DNA of 64,000 nucleotides from Histomonas meleagridis 2922-C6/04-290x (GCA_020184695.1 JAANOX010000203.1:1-64000); one strand, 5' to 3'. Shown: positions 1 through 12,270, counted from the first letter of the stretch. Translations and numbers: made by a program. Notes: generated by a model from the letters alone, not told the origin.

Positions 1-1858
1 CGGTACTTCGTTCAGGGATTGTTGGTTATATGGCAGTTGATGAAATTCCATGGTATCGTGAAAATGGAATTATCACACCATATTATCATCAATTCATGGT
101 TGAATATAAACTTTATTTATTATCCAAAAATGCATGGAATAATAATCGAAATCAAACAGAACTATCTAAAGATTTCTTAACAGGTTATTATGGACGAAGA
201 GCATCGCCTTATATTAATCAATTTCTAGAAGAAATCCAAGAAATAGCAGACAAGAATACACAATTAACATTTTGTTATAGTACTGCATCATGGTTCTTTA
301 CTGAGAAAGATTTAATTCATTATAAATGGTTATGGGATAAAGCATATGAAGAATGTCAAAAAGATACATATGATGAACGTTATGTATATAATGTATTAAC
401 GTCAATGATATCTGTTTATGATAATTTATTTTATAAAATACCACAATTAGAATAGAATATGAATCATCTACAATTTCTTTTTATTAAAAGAATTTTGTAT
501 TGATAATAAATATAATTATCCAAGAGAAGACATGAATGTACTAATGATATTGATCATCATTATAATGAATATATACCTCTTTGGCAAAGCTCAAATAAGG
601 GACAAATCATTTCTACTTCTTCATTGTAATTGACTTCTGATAGTTTATCTGGTAGATGTGGATTATTGAAATATAATAATTATAATTATTTAGATGGTGA
701 TTTAGGAGGTATTGATACTTATCATTTAGAAGGTCCCTAATGTTAATACCATACCAAATCCTTCTTTATATGATATTAAATCTCAAACATCTACTTCAAT
801 CACTTATAATTTAACTAATACACAACGTGAAATCAGTAAAACTTATTCCGTTTCGAGGTAACGTTTTAACATTTACTTCATCATATGAATCAATTGATGG
901 TACAACTTGTTAATGAGACCTGTTTATACTTTTGTAATTTAAAGGCGGTACATTATTAATTGGTGATTGTGATTCTAATAGAGGACTTCAAATTACTTTT
1001 CCTTCATTAGATTTTGAGTTTTGTACTTTTATAGTTAACAAGACTACAAAATCTATAAAGATATTATTATCAGTACCTTCAACTACATCTAAAGTTACAG
1101 CATCATTCCAAATAACACCAATAACAATTTCTGGCTATGAAGAACCAATTAAACCTAAGAATAGATCAAAATATAAAACTTATAGAATCTCAGAATTAAT
1201 TATTCCATGGTCATTAGCTTCTCATCGAACACTTTCATGGGATAATAATTCACAACAAGGACGAGCACTTAAATTCTCATTAGTACCACAAGCTCAATTA
1301 TATTTATATAAATCAGTAATTCAATTATATGCTCCATTAAATACAGTATATAATATATCTTTCCATGCTAGATGTGATTTATCGGAAGGTGATAATTTAA
1401 CTAAACAAGTTTCTTGGTTCGGTTACACAAGTAATGGTAATGTTTATTATCAGAGTAAATATAAAAATACACCTCCGCCAGTAAATAATTCAAATGATTA
1501 CTTCGAAATTAGATATCAGAATTTAATCACTTTCGATGATAATTTCTCTCATTTCTTCATGGGATCTCGCGAATGTTGTAAGAACCTTTACTTGGATTAT
1601 ATGGACTTCGTACAAATGGAAGAAGCAAAAGAAACACCTGAGAAAGTTTACAAAGAAGAAATACTTGAGCCGTGGGATTTCGTTTATGAACAAGCGGAAC
1701 CATCAAATAATATTAATGGTGATAGTAATGGTTTAAGTGGTGGAGAAATTGCTGGAATTGCAATTGGGTGTGTAGCTTTTGTACTAATTGTAGTTGGTAT
1801 TGTAATATTTGTGGTGAAGAAAAATAAAGGAAAGCAATCAAGTGATGTTTCTAATTAA
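1..1858 (+). pseudogene. Decayed single-pass membrane/surface protein (5' part DUF4838-like; C-terminal TM and short basic tail)
   Basis: ORF 30-455 (…LYLLSKNAWN…DFLTGYYGRRASPY…) resembles the end of DUF4838 domains. It is followed by coding-like sequence broken by many stops and frameshifts, then ORF 1559-1858 ending GLSGGEIAGIAIGCVAFVLIVVGIVIFVVKKNKGK (typical parabasalid TM tail). The 5' end lies outside the window. Confidence 0.55.
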
Positions 1859-3405
1859 ATGTTTTTTTATAAAAAAAAATAAAATTTATCAATTACTTAA
1901 AGTTTTTGGTTGTTCAATGATTTGTTTTTCGTTTTGCGATTTTGTGGGGAAAATAAAGAAAAAAGGTAAAAATGGTTTCTTTCTGAAAAAAACCACTGCT
2001 TTTCCATTTTTTGTAGTCTAAAAATTGTATAGTTTTCAATTAAGAAATGATTTTTATGCTAATATTCGTGTGAGTGTAGAGTTAGTCCAAAGAAAATAAA
2101 TTATTTTTTCAAAATTGAGAGAATAAAGCCACTTTTAGTAAACTGGTAAACGATATAACTGCAGGGGATAAGAATTTTAACCGATCTTTTTCGATTGAAT
2201 TTTGAATGGATTAGAAAAAAAATTGGTAGTGCAAATTGAGAAAGGCAGCTTTTGGGTCAATTTTTTTCAAATTTAAAATCAATTTATTCGATTATATAAT
2301 TAAAAAAAAATGTTACTGTCGAATATATAGATTACATTAATAATTATACAATTAATTTATTATCAAAAACGAAAAATATTTATTAGATGTTGAAATTTCC
2401 TTAGTTTAAGCACATGAAAAGTGCATGATTTTGCGGTTTATGCTGAATTTTGAACTGCATTAATTCAATAGGAGTCGAAATTGCTCAGAAAATTGAAAGC
2501 TCTGAAATTCATATCTTATAATGAATTCCATTTGGCTCCAGGTTGAATCTTCAAATGAAAATGAAACAGAGAATTACTTTGGCGTTTTCAATTCAGACCC
2601 ACGATCAATTGGAAAATTACTTAAAAGACCATCTAATCCAGATTTTGGATATCAAATAGACTCATTCCAGACCTCAAGTTCTGAGGAAGATTTTCAACTC
2701 TCTTCTTCATCTAGTTATAATTAATTTTTCTTTATCCTTTTTTATTTCATCTAGTTGTGAAGAAATCGGACCTGCTACATTTTATTTCTGATATTCTATT
2801 TGTTAATATTATTAAATAAAATGAACTAGTTTTAAAAACTTACTTTTAACCTTTACGTCTTCACACATACGTGCTATTTTTAAGTTTTTTAAATTAATCT
2901 ATTTCAAATCTAATTTTATTTTTTATTTTTTTCTCTACTTATTCTACTACGACTGGAAAATGTACTAATTCAGAAGTACTTTTGGAAACAAAAATGTCTT
3001 AAATTAAGACATTTTCTGAAATATTTGAATTTCTGTTTGGCGCCAATTTCAAAATAACGTTTATTTAAGAGGGCAGTTTTTCAGTTACAAAATATTTTGA
3101 CCGTTTAGTTTTATATACTTTACGTAACTTCGTATGCCAATTTTTGTAACTGCTGTCAGAAATACGTTGATTATTTTTTCAAAGAAAAAAACGCTGAAGA
3201 AAAAAAAACGGTTTATTGGTATTTGACAGACCGTCATAATAATAAAGACCAGAAACTGATTATAATATTGAATGAGTAGGTCTGGACAATCATTCAAAAT
3301 TGAATAATATTATTCGTTTAGATTTTTGAACGGCGATTATTTCGTTTGAATGAAAACAACAAAGCTGATAGCAATTGAATAGTATTCAATTTTTATTATT
3401 GTTTC

Positions 3406-4731
3406 ATGACTTCCGAAGAATGTGTCTCTCGACAAGGTTATGCATATAAACCTGGAGGAGTTTTCAAGACATGGAAAAAGAGATGGTTTGTGCTCGAAGG
3501 ATCTGAACTTAAATATCGAAAGAACCCTGGTCACAAGGATGTAAAAATAATCAATATGAAAGAAGTAGAAGAAATCATATTAGATCAAACTAATAAACGT
3601 AAGAATGTAATTTTGATTCGAACCAATCAAAAGAAACATTATCTTCAATTCAAGACACTTAAAGAAGCAGAAGATTGGGTTAAAGAATTAGCACTTGCCA
3701 AACAAGGCAAAAAGAAAATACATATTAACATCGGGGACTTTACAGTACTTAAGGTCATTGGACGTGGTTCATTTGGTAAAGTTCAATTAGTTAAACACAA
3801 AAGTGATGGACAACTTTATGCATTAAAATCGTTATCCAAAAGAGTTTTAGCTAAGTATGATTTAATAGGCCGAACTCTCACCGAACGAAACACATTAATT
3901 AAAGCAAATCATCCATTTTTAACGTCAGCCAGATACTCATTTCAATCAGCCACAAAGTTATTTTTAGCCTTAGAATATGTTCCTGGCGGCGAATTATTCA
4001 CACGTCTTTATAAAGAACGGAAATTTTCTGAAGATCAAGTCAAATTATATGTCGCGCAATTAGTGTTAGCAATAGGTTATCTTCATTCCATCGGCGTTGT
4101 TCATCGAGATATTAAGTTAGAGAACATATTAGTCGACGAAGATGGATATCTCAAAGTTACAGATTTTGGATTTGCTAAAGAAAAAATGTATAAAGAAGAA
4201 TCGACAACAACATCGTTCTGTGGTACACCAGATTACATTGCGCCAGAAATGATATTGTCCAAACCATATAACAAATCTGTGGATTGGTGGTCACTGGGCA
4301 TTTTGACTTACGAAATGTTATACGGCCGGCCGCCGTTCTATAGCTCTAACACAGATGCGATGTTTAGATCGATTCTTTATGATCCAATCGATTTCCCTTT
4401 AGGCGGATCACTTGAAGTAATTGATTTCATATCGAAGTTACTCGAAAGAGATCCGCTGAAAAGACTTGGATCAGGCCCAAATGAAATCGAAGACTTAAAG
4501 AAACATCCGTTCTTTGAGGGCATCGATTGGAAAGGCTTGTTGCTGAAAACAATTCCAATGCAATGGAAGCCTCAATTAAATGGAATCGTCGACACTTCGC
4601 AGTTCGATAAACAGTTCACTGATGAATGCCCAGCAATATCATATGAAAATCCAGAACTAATTTCTTCAGAAACTCAGCAAATGTTACAGGGATTTACAAT
4701 GGAAAACACAAATGTCATCGATAGCTTGTGA
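3406..4731 (+). CDS. PH-domain AGC family Ser/Thr kinase (PKB/Akt-like)
   Basis: N-terminal PH (GYAYKPGGVFKTWKKRWFVL), GRGSFGKV, YALK, HRDIKLEN, DFG, TFCGT-like SFCGTPDYIAPE, AGC C-tail (FD..F, FQGFT-like LQGFT). Confidence 0.93.
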   Translation: MTSEECVSRQGYAYKPGGVFKTWKKRWFVLEGSELKYRKNPGHKDVKIINMKEVEEIILDQTNKRKNVILIRTNQKKHYLQFKTLKEAEDWVKELALAKQGKKKIHINIGDFTVLKVIGRGSFGKVQLVKHKSDGQLYALKSLSKRVLAKYDLIGRTLTERNTLIKANHPFLTSARYSFQSATKLFLALEYVPGGELFTRLYKERKFSEDQVKLYVAQLVLAIGYLHSIGVVHRDIKLENILVDEDGYLKVTDFGFAKEKMYKEESTTTSFCGTPDYIAPEMILSKPYNKSVDWWSLGILTYEMLYGRPPFYSSNTDAMFRSILYDPIDFPLGGSLEVIDFISKLLERDPLKRLGSGPNEIEDLKKHPFFEGIDWKGLLLKTIPMQWKPQLNGIVDTSQFDKQFTDECPAISYENPELISSETQQMLQGFTMENTNVIDSL

Positions 4732-5368
4732 TTTGCGTTGTATTTTTTCATTTCCCATGTAAATGATTTAGTGAAAATATTTTTGAAATTTTCTACAATA
4801 AAAAGAATTACAAAAAAATATTTGTAGTTCAATGACAAAATTAGTTAACGATCACTTCTAAAATGTTAACATCTTTCGCATTTTAGGAGGACACCATTTC
4901 TCTTTAAGAATCGTATAAAAATATTTTGAATTTGAATGCAACAAGATTCAAAACACTGCCAAGTTTCATTAGAACTGGATATGTTCACTTTGTATACGAT
5001 TAACATAGCTGTTAATCTTAAAAATGAAATATTGAATTCAATTTGATAGAATAAAAGATCAACCAAAAGACATAATGGGAATTGTCATCAAGGATAAGTT
5101 GGCAACAAATGATTACATATATTTGTAGTTAATTCTACAACGAAAATAGCTTGGAAAGCGCCACTTTTTGTACCTTTGTTTACAAAAACTGACAACCCAA
5201 ACAAATTCAGTTAATTATGTAAAAAGTGGTGTTTATTTATTTATGAATTTTTGTGCCAATTTATGGGCTTAAAATCACTTTCCTCCTGAACTTAATTCAG
5301 CACCCTAAGTATCATTAACATGGTTATGTTTGTTTTCATTCTTGAAGAAGATTCGGAGTACGTTAATT

Positions 5369-5389
5369 AACGGTTGTGGTCCATCCTCT
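5369..5389 (+). promoter_or_regulatory. M3-like (AACGGTTG) plus M5-like (CCTCT) core promoter of RPS3a
   Basis: AACGGTTG at 5369-5376 fits T. vaginalis M3 (DRCSGYTD). CCTCT at 5385-5389 is one mismatch from M5 (CCTTT), just upstream of ATG 5396. Confidence 0.55.
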
Positions 5390-5395
5390 CGGAAA

Positions 5396-6151
5396 ATGGG
5401 TAAAGCTCAACAAAAGGGCAAGGCCTCAAAGAAAATAAAGCAGGATACTTTCCTCAAGAAGGAGTGGCGTCATGTATTCGTCCCAGGCTTCTTTTCAAAG
5501 CGTGATATCGGATTCACAGTTTCACACAAATGTGCTCGTGGTAAGACACCAGCAGACTACCTTAACAACCGCGTTTTCGAACTTTCCCATGGTGATCTTG
5601 TTGATGAACAATCACACGCATATCGTCTCTTCAGCTGGAAATCTGTTGATGTTCAAAACAACGATGTTTTAACTGTTTTCGCTGGAATGAGGTTAACAAA
5701 CGATAAGCTCTCTTCACTTCTTCGTAAGTATCGCACACTCATCAATGCTCAAGTTGATGTTCGTACAGCAGATGGATACATTCTTCGTGCTTTTAGCATT
5801 GGCTTCACCAAGAAATTAAATCCAAACAAGAAAGCATGCTATGCTCAACAATCCAAGAAGCGTGAAATCAGAGATGCTTGCATTGCCATTATGAAGGAGA
5901 CAATTGAAAAGTCCACAATCCCAGAATTGTGCCAAACAATTGTCAACGAAACAATTGAAAAGGCTATTGTCGAAAAATGCAAGACTATCATGCAAGTCGA
6001 TAATGTCTATGTAACAAAGATCAAAGTCATCAAGGCACCAACATTCACTGGTGATGAACTTAAGAAGCTCCACCAAGGTCGTGCAGTCACTAAAGCAGCT
6101 GAAGTTGCACGTCCAGTCGAAGAAGAAGCTAAGGCCGAAGAAACCAAATAA
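5396..6151 (+). CDS. RPS3A: 40S ribosomal protein S3a (eS1)
   Basis: MGKAQQKGK…FLKKEW…VDVRTADGYILRAF…CYAQQS…VTKIKVIKAP. The real ATG is at 5396, in frame with the ORF-track start 5330. Confidence 0.96.
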   Translation: MGKAQQKGKASKKIKQDTFLKKEWRHVFVPGFFSKRDIGFTVSHKCARGKTPADYLNNRVFELSHGDLVDEQSHAYRLFSWKSVDVQNNDVLTVFAGMRLTNDKLSSLLRKYRTLINAQVDVRTADGYILRAFSIGFTKKLNPNKKACYAQQSKKREIRDACIAIMKETIEKSTIPELCQTIVNETIEKAIVEKCKTIMQVDNVYVTKIKVIKAPTFTGDELKKLHQGRAVTKAAEVARPVEEEAKAEETK

Positions 6152-6303
6152 ACATTGCAATTTGCAAATGCTTTTGGATATGAGGAAATGTTTGTGTTTA
6201 TTTCAATCATAATTTTTAAAAAATTGTTCTGTAGAATTCCAATATAATTTTTTTTCATTGCATTTTAGAAATTTAATTTAACATAAATTTCAATGAACAA
6301 GTA

Positions 6304-7279
6304 TAGGGGAGACGGAAATGTTTTATCATAAATATGATCCCTTTTTATTTCTTTGATAAAAATAATATATATGAAACTACAAAAGATCGTAAGAATGATG
6401 ATATATTTTTTGAGATCAGAGATATTTTATATAGCAAGAAAATGCTAAAATAAACCAATGATATTGTCATTTTTTTAAACGTATTTCATTTTTATGCAAC
6501 TCGAACAAAGAGCAGTAATCTTTTTCCTTAAAAGAAAAGGCCTTAAACTCAGCCAAATTAAACAGGAATTGGATGATGTTTATCACCAAGATGCACTTGA
6601 CATTAATTCAGTGAAATATTGGATTCATCAATTTAAGTTAGGGAGATTTGAGATAACAAATATAAAAAGTCCTAGAAGACCAGTTCTAGATTTTATTGAT
6701 ACAAAAATTATGGCTGCACTGAAAATGGAGCCATTTCATTCTACATACATATTAAGTGAAACTTTGTCTATTCCGAGATTCACTATAAATGATCACCTTA
6801 AAAAACTAGGCTTCCATAGCTATAATTTAAAAGTGGTTCTCTACGAATTGATCTGTGAAATGAAAGCAGTGAGGGTTCAAAAAGCAATCGAACTTCTTGA
6901 TATTTCGAAAACAAATAAGAGGAAGGGTTTTTGTGAAATCATTCCTGGGGATGAATCCATATTTTTCTTATCATATGATCACCAGCATATGTGGTCTCTA
7001 TCAAAAGAGAATTTAGCTGAAATAATTGATACTAAAATATATACAAAAAAATATATGGTAACTATCTTTTGGAATATCGATAAATTTTTCATAGTTGATT
7101 TAATGAAAGAGGGTGAAAAATTTAACTCAAAGTATTTTATCAATAAAATAATTAGCCCATTAAAAGAAATTGTATACGTACAAGGTAAAAACCCAAAGAA
7201 AATTATTATACTTTACACTTTGATAATGCACTCCCCCACACCTCAAATGCTTCTACCTAGAAAGATAACTTATTCATGA
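6304..7279 (+). mobile_element. 3'-truncated mariner element with transposase pseudogene (ORF 6494-7279)
   Basis: MQLEQRAVIFFL HTH region, VKYW..F..G, GDES (first catalytic D). The HFDNA(L)PH motif is out of frame at 7222, followed by a stop, and there is no YSPDL/third D. Candidate left end TA|TAGGGGAGACGG at 6302-6304 resembles the start of the 62.6 kb mariner; no right TIR was found. Confidence 0.8.
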
Positions 7280-7299
7280 TGAATGAAATAAACATTTCA

Positions 7300-7999
7300 T
7301 ATATTATAGTACAATGAAATTAGAAACACATACATCACATACACAACAAACAGTACAAACTCAAAGTTAAAGCAGAGCTATTTTACAAAAAATGCAGCTT
7401 ATGTAAGTTATACATTAAAAATAAGTAAAGAAGAAGCTGAGAACGCAAATGAAAGTTTGCAAGGAAGTTACACAAATTCCTTGTATACACAAGTAAAATG
7501 TTCTATAAGTTTTCTTGTATTCCGATATATAGATCTATATATTGATTTTTTATTCAAAGGGTTTAAACATTTGGAATGAATTCAACGACAAAATCATTTT
7601 CAAACAGAAATTCCCCAATAGTGAAATTTCACAGATTTTACTGTTGTGTTCTTTGATGTTAATCTGTTAGTATTATTATTTTCAATTTCTTTGAAAGAAC
7701 TTTCTTTTCTTATTTGTTTCTTATTATGAACATAGATAAACATGATGACAAATGTTGCAATACCAAATGGAAAATTCAAGAGAATCACTTTAACTTTATT
7801 AAATCAATTTAATATTCTTTTGGATACTTCAATAATATTAAAAAGAAATCAAATACGAAAAATGAAATATGAAGAAGAAGAAGAATATATAGAAGAAGGA
7901 AACACGAATATATTATCGATAGGGATTGGAATGTCACAAATTGAAGAAGATCCGTTTGCGAAAGATTTTAAAGAAAATGAATTCAATTCACAAATATAA
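7300..7999 (+). pseudogene. Remnant C-terminus of a surface protein (S/T-rich stalk, tail GMSQIEEDPFAKDFKE)
   Basis: ORF 7742-7999 ends in a tail nearly identical to that of the BspA-like gene at 42.9 kb. Upstream T/Y/S-rich frames are broken by stops. Confidence 0.5.
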
Positions 8000-8225
8000 T
8001 TATTTATTTTAACGTTATTGATAAATTTATACATTTATTCCAACAAATTATATAATATATCAACTATATTAATTTATTATTTGCTTGTGTAAATACAAGT
8101 ATTGGAAGGCATTAATTATAGAAATAAAATATATTACTTAAAACATTTTTAACTGAATGACCCATTTAATGATAACATGAGCTCAAAGCTTTGAGCTGAT
8201 TAATCAGCTGATTAATGGCCGTTAC

Positions 8226-8258
8226 GACGGTTTATTGTGCGGTTTTTGGTCGGCCTTT
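8226..8258 (+). promoter_or_regulatory. M3 (GACGGTTT) plus M5 (CCTTT) core promoter of RPL21
   Basis: GACGGTTT at 8226-8233 and CCTTT at 8254-8258, with ATG at 8263. Confidence 0.7.
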
Positions 8259-8262
8259 CTGA

Positions 8263-8748
8263 ATGGGTCACACAGCAGGTCTTCGTTGGGGAACACGCTA
8301 TGTTTTCGCTCGCAAGTTCAGGAAACATGGAATGCCAGCTCCATCACAACAACTTCGTACTTTCAGAATTGGTGATATTGTTGATGTTCATGTAAATTCA
8401 GCCGTTATGAAGGGTATGCCACACCGTCTTTACAATGGCCGTACAGGAACAGTTTGGAACGTTTCACCACATGCAGTTGGTCTTTTGATTTATCGTCGTG
8501 TTAATAATCACATTGCACCAAAGCGCATATATGTTCGTACCGAACACATCCAACACTCAAAATGCAGAGATGATTTCAAGAACCGTGTTATCCAAACACA
8601 AAAACTTAAGAAAGAAGCCAAAGAAAAGGGCATCAAACTTGATAAATCAGCTCTCAAGCGCCTCCCTGCTCAACCAAAGGAAGCTCATGTTGTTAAGCCA
8701 GAAGTTATAAAGGCTGTTTGCTTCACACCATTCCGTGAAACTTGGTAA
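8263..8748 (+). CDS. RPL21: 60S ribosomal protein L21 (eL21)
   Basis: MGHTAGLRWGTRYVFAR…RIGDIVDVHVNSAVMKGMPHRLYNGRTGTVWNV…RTEHIQHSKCRDDF. Confidence 0.97.
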   Translation: MGHTAGLRWGTRYVFARKFRKHGMPAPSQQLRTFRIGDIVDVHVNSAVMKGMPHRLYNGRTGTVWNVSPHAVGLLIYRRVNNHIAPKRIYVRTEHIQHSKCRDDFKNRVIQTQKLKKEAKEKGIKLDKSALKRLPAQPKEAHVVKPEVIKAVCFTPFRETW

Positions 8749-9051
8749 AACATATTTTAAATATTTCATATTAATGAATCTTCTAATGGTCGTTAATTAT
8801 TTTGCAAAATGCGTTCTTAAGACTTATTTTGTCAATAAAAATGAAATTTATTAAGTTCTCATTCAACTTTACTTCATTTATTGCATAAGTGAAATTTCAC
8901 TTCACATTTCTATAGGGCAGGAATTAAGAAACTCGAGTTTCTTTAAAAAAAATCATTATTCATCTTTATAAATAAATAACATAACATGCAATGACATGTT
9001 ATGATGCATGATGTTTAAATAACTTGTTCTTCTTGTTAAGTTTTTATTGAA

Positions 9052-12000
9052 ATGTTTCGTTTTACACATTTTTGTTCGTTTCACATGGCAAATTTTAAAA
9101 AAGTTGGAATAGAAAGTGCCAAAATCTGGATGGATATCATCAATTCCATCTGTTGTTCATTTGCAGGCGGCATACTCATAAATTACTCAATTCATATTAC
9201 CATAGTTCGAATGCTTTTCTTTGTCGGATTCATTTTTTATTTTGAATTCATTTTATATTCAAATCATTCAATAAATGTAATAATTATTGCCTCATCACTT
9301 ATAACAGCTTTAATATCTTTGATCAAGTTATTTATATGGCTTATGAGCTTTATTTCAAATCATACAATTGAAGTTAATCAATCTACAATTAGTAATTCCC
9401 TTATTAAACCAAACAATATTTCAGATGACATATGGGCTTTACGAGGTGCTTTATTAAAACAAATGGAAAAATCAACTTTGGATAGTTTTGTTAATGATTG
9501 TATCGCATCTGGTGTTGATACTGAAGCTCTTTTAAATTTTATTGATGAACTTAACAAAGGAAAATATAGAGATCCCGTTGGTAGGGCTCCTGTCAGAACA
9601 AAATCTTTTAAAGCAATATCTGTATTTGGCAAAATTATTCCTCTTCCATTTTCTCCCAAAACTTTCAACATCTTTCCATCTGAGTTTAGTTTAAAGTCTG
9701 CTATTTTTGCTTCTATTTTTGCATTTATTTCCTCTGTCCTTGTCATATTATTATCTGATGAATTCCTTTCCCGAGAAAAGTGGTGGATTGGCATTATTTG
9801 CGGTTTTAGCTTTTACTCTATATTGCAATGGCCAAGTACTGATCCTTATACAACATCTGTACCAGATTGTTGGAATTCATCTACACGATGTTTTACTATC
9901 TCTTTAATTTGTGCTCTTTGGAAAGGAGCGCTTAAAATAAGAACACTAATACCTACATTAGTAATTCCTTTTTCTTATTGGACAATTGATTGCAACCTTT
10001 TGTCTTCATATGTGTGCACGTTATGTCGAATCGGTTTATTATTTATGCCGTTTTGGATAATTTTCGGTTTTCTGGGGCATCCCGTGACCGTTATTGTATC
10101 GTTTGTGGAATCGTTCAATCGATATGTCTTTGGTCAGAATGGTGTTTCTGGAATTTCGCATATGATTGTGCAGTTCCTTAGAGGTGCCGTTACTGTTTTA
10201 TTGTCGTATTTTGTATTAACACATTTTAATACAAGATTTAATTTGGCAATTGCAATTGCAATAGCTACTTTTCTTTCGAATCTTGCAGGATTTAAAATTA
10301 AACGACCATTGTTGTTGTCAGTGGTTTCATTCATTTCATCAATTTTAACAATCTCTTTATTTCACAATGCGTGGGGCTTTACCAAATGGATTGAACTCAT
10401 TTGGTTTGTTACAGTTGAAATTTTAATTCCAATTTTATCATGTTGCCACAAGTACTTTTTTTTACATATTAATTTCATCCCAAAACTTGAAATTGAGCCT
10501 TTACTAAGATCAATTTCTTCTTTTGTTATAGCATCTATGTTTATTACATCTTGTTTATGTGATTATCAAATCAATACTATATGTCTTGCATTTATAATCA
10601 CTCATGCGATACATAAATCACAAAGTGAATCACATGTTTTTGCTTTCGCTGTTATTCTTTCGGTTATTACATTTCCATATGAATTTGGACTGAAAAACAA
10701 TGTCAATAATCTTGCACTTTCACTTTTGATTGTAGCCAAATTGGAAACATTTTTGCCAATGTTAGATCTAACGTATCACTCACGTGATCCAACGGATCTT
10801 GATGATGAAATGGATGGGGTTTCTGCATTAATTTTAAATATATTATATTCATTAATTCAATCATTTCATTTCATTGACTTCTTATTTAAAATGCCAACAT
10901 TGATTTGGTCATTTTTCACCGGATCTTCAGGCTTAGCTTTCTCTGGTGTAAGTTATCTTCTCTGTCCTTCGTCACCAAGGCCATTTTACTTTTTCAATTG
11001 GCCTGTTGAAAGGAAAGATTTGAGAACTTTACTCACCAGGGGTGCCTCGGAGCACCCCATTGAGACTCCTGTTTATTTATCGGTGTGTAGTACCCTTCGG
11101 AAAAATTTTGCGACGATGTGTAAACGAGGGGAATTAGGGCTTGTTAATGCTGGTGATATTTTTCTCTTTAAGTCAAATGAGTTATCAGCATTTGTTCATG
11201 TCATAGCAATTGAACCAAATTGCTATAAAATCCAATTTCGAGGCCTAGAATATAACAGTCAAACATCTTGTCATAGAGGTGAAGCACGTCGACTTAATGA
11301 ACTTATTAATAGTTATTTATTATTTCCTAATTTCCAAGCTGCCAAAGTCGCCACACATTTTGTTGTTGATATTCGTGCGATGGATATCCCATTACCAATG
11401 TATGATATCACCAAGACAAATCTTTCACGCGGTGCATTAGTTGGCGCATCGCAAAAAACTCTGAAACTTTCGTTTTTATATTCCTTATGTTACATGATCA
11501 CTAAGCACAAAGAGAACATTAGCCGCGAAGTTATCAATAATGAAATCACTGATCAAATCTTTCTTCAACATATGAATAACTTAATTACATTTTCGAATTC
11601 ATATATCAACAAAATCTTTCAATATTTTTCATTTCCTTATGTCGAAGAAGAACTTGAACTATATAAAGTTTTATGGGGAATTATCTCCACGCATTTATTC
11701 AATGTAAATGGCTCTTTAAACTATTCGAACTTAACAAGCTCATTTAAGAACGAATTACATTTAAATTTACGCGATGAGTTTTCATGGGTTAACAATTCAA
11801 CGAAAGTATTAAAACTTATTAAAAAGATAATTCGATTTGGAGTCGGATTAAGTTATATGGCATCGTCGGGAATGTTTGACTCTGACAGTGACAACAAAGA
11901 AATCTGCGAATACATTAAAGAATTCGATGACGATTATGTTGTAACAACAATGGACTCGAAGTTGTTCTATAATACTTTCATCGAATGTAAAAAGAAAATT

Positions 12001-12270
12001 ATTACAATCGAAAAGATTAAAGACATATATTACATTATGAGGTTTTCGTTTTGCGTCAAAAAATGGAATGTATATCAAATGAAACACGAGTGGATAAGAG
12101 CAATTTGGAATAATGAAACAACCGGTTTGCTGTTCTATAAAATTCGTGCAAGTGAAAGAATGTCGATACAACATAATTCGCGTTTCTTTAATAACACAAT
12201 AGTGCAGTCGTGCGATTTCCCAGTGGGGTACCCCGCATATGTTAGTGAAATAATGGATTCGTTCACATAA
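9052..12270 (+). CDS. Pecanex-like multi-pass membrane protein
   Basis: Many hydrophobic segments, then Pecanex_C-like motifs: TSCHRGEA, IRAIWNNE..LLF….ERMSIQ….NN.I..S.D.PVGYP.YVS. The start may be the ATG at 9082. Confidence 0.75.
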   Translation: MFRFTHFCSFHMANFKKVGIESAKIWMDIINSICCSFAGGILINYSIHITIVRMLFFVGFIFYFEFILYSNHSINVIIIASSLITALISLIKLFIWLMSFISNHTIEVNQSTISNSLIKPNNISDDIWALRGALLKQMEKSTLDSFVNDCIASGVDTEALLNFIDELNKGKYRDPVGRAPVRTKSFKAISVFGKIIPLPFSPKTFNIFPSEFSLKSAIFASIFAFISSVLVILLSDEFLSREKWWIGIICGFSFYSILQWPSTDPYTTSVPDCWNSSTRCFTISLICALWKGALKIRTLIPTLVIPFSYWTIDCNLLSSYVCTLCRIGLLFMPFWIIFGFLGHPVTVIVSFVESFNRYVFGQNGVSGISHMIVQFLRGAVTVLLSYFVLTHFNTRFNLAIAIAIATFLSNLAGFKIKRPLLLSVVSFISSILTISLFHNAWGFTKWIELIWFVTVEILIPILSCCHKYFFLHINFIPKLEIEPLLRSISSFVIASMFITSCLCDYQINTICLAFIITHAIHKSQSESHVFAFAVILSVITFPYEFGLKNNVNNLALSLLIVAKLETFLPMLDLTYHSRDPTDLDDEMDGVSALILNILYSLIQSFHFIDFLFKMPTLIWSFFTGSSGLAFSGVSYLLCPSSPRPFYFFNWPVERKDLRTLLTRGASEHPIETPVYLSVCSTLRKNFATMCKRGELGLVNAGDIFLFKSNELSAFVHVIAIEPNCYKIQFRGLEYNSQTSCHRGEARRLNELINSYLLFPNFQAAKVATHFVVDIRAMDIPLPMYDITKTNLSRGALVGASQKTLKLSFLYSLCYMITKHKENISREVINNEITDQIFLQHMNNLITFSNSYINKIFQYFSFPYVEEELELYKVLWGIISTHLFNVNGSLNYSNLTSSFKNELHLNLRDEFSWVNNSTKVLKLIKKIIRFGVGLSYMASSGMFDSDSDNKEICEYIKEFDDDYVVTTMDSKLFYNTFIECKKKIITIEKIKDIYYIMRFSFCVKKWNVYQMKHEWIRAIWNNETTGLLFYKIRASERMSIQHNSRFFNNTIVQSCDFPVGYPAYVSEIMDSFT

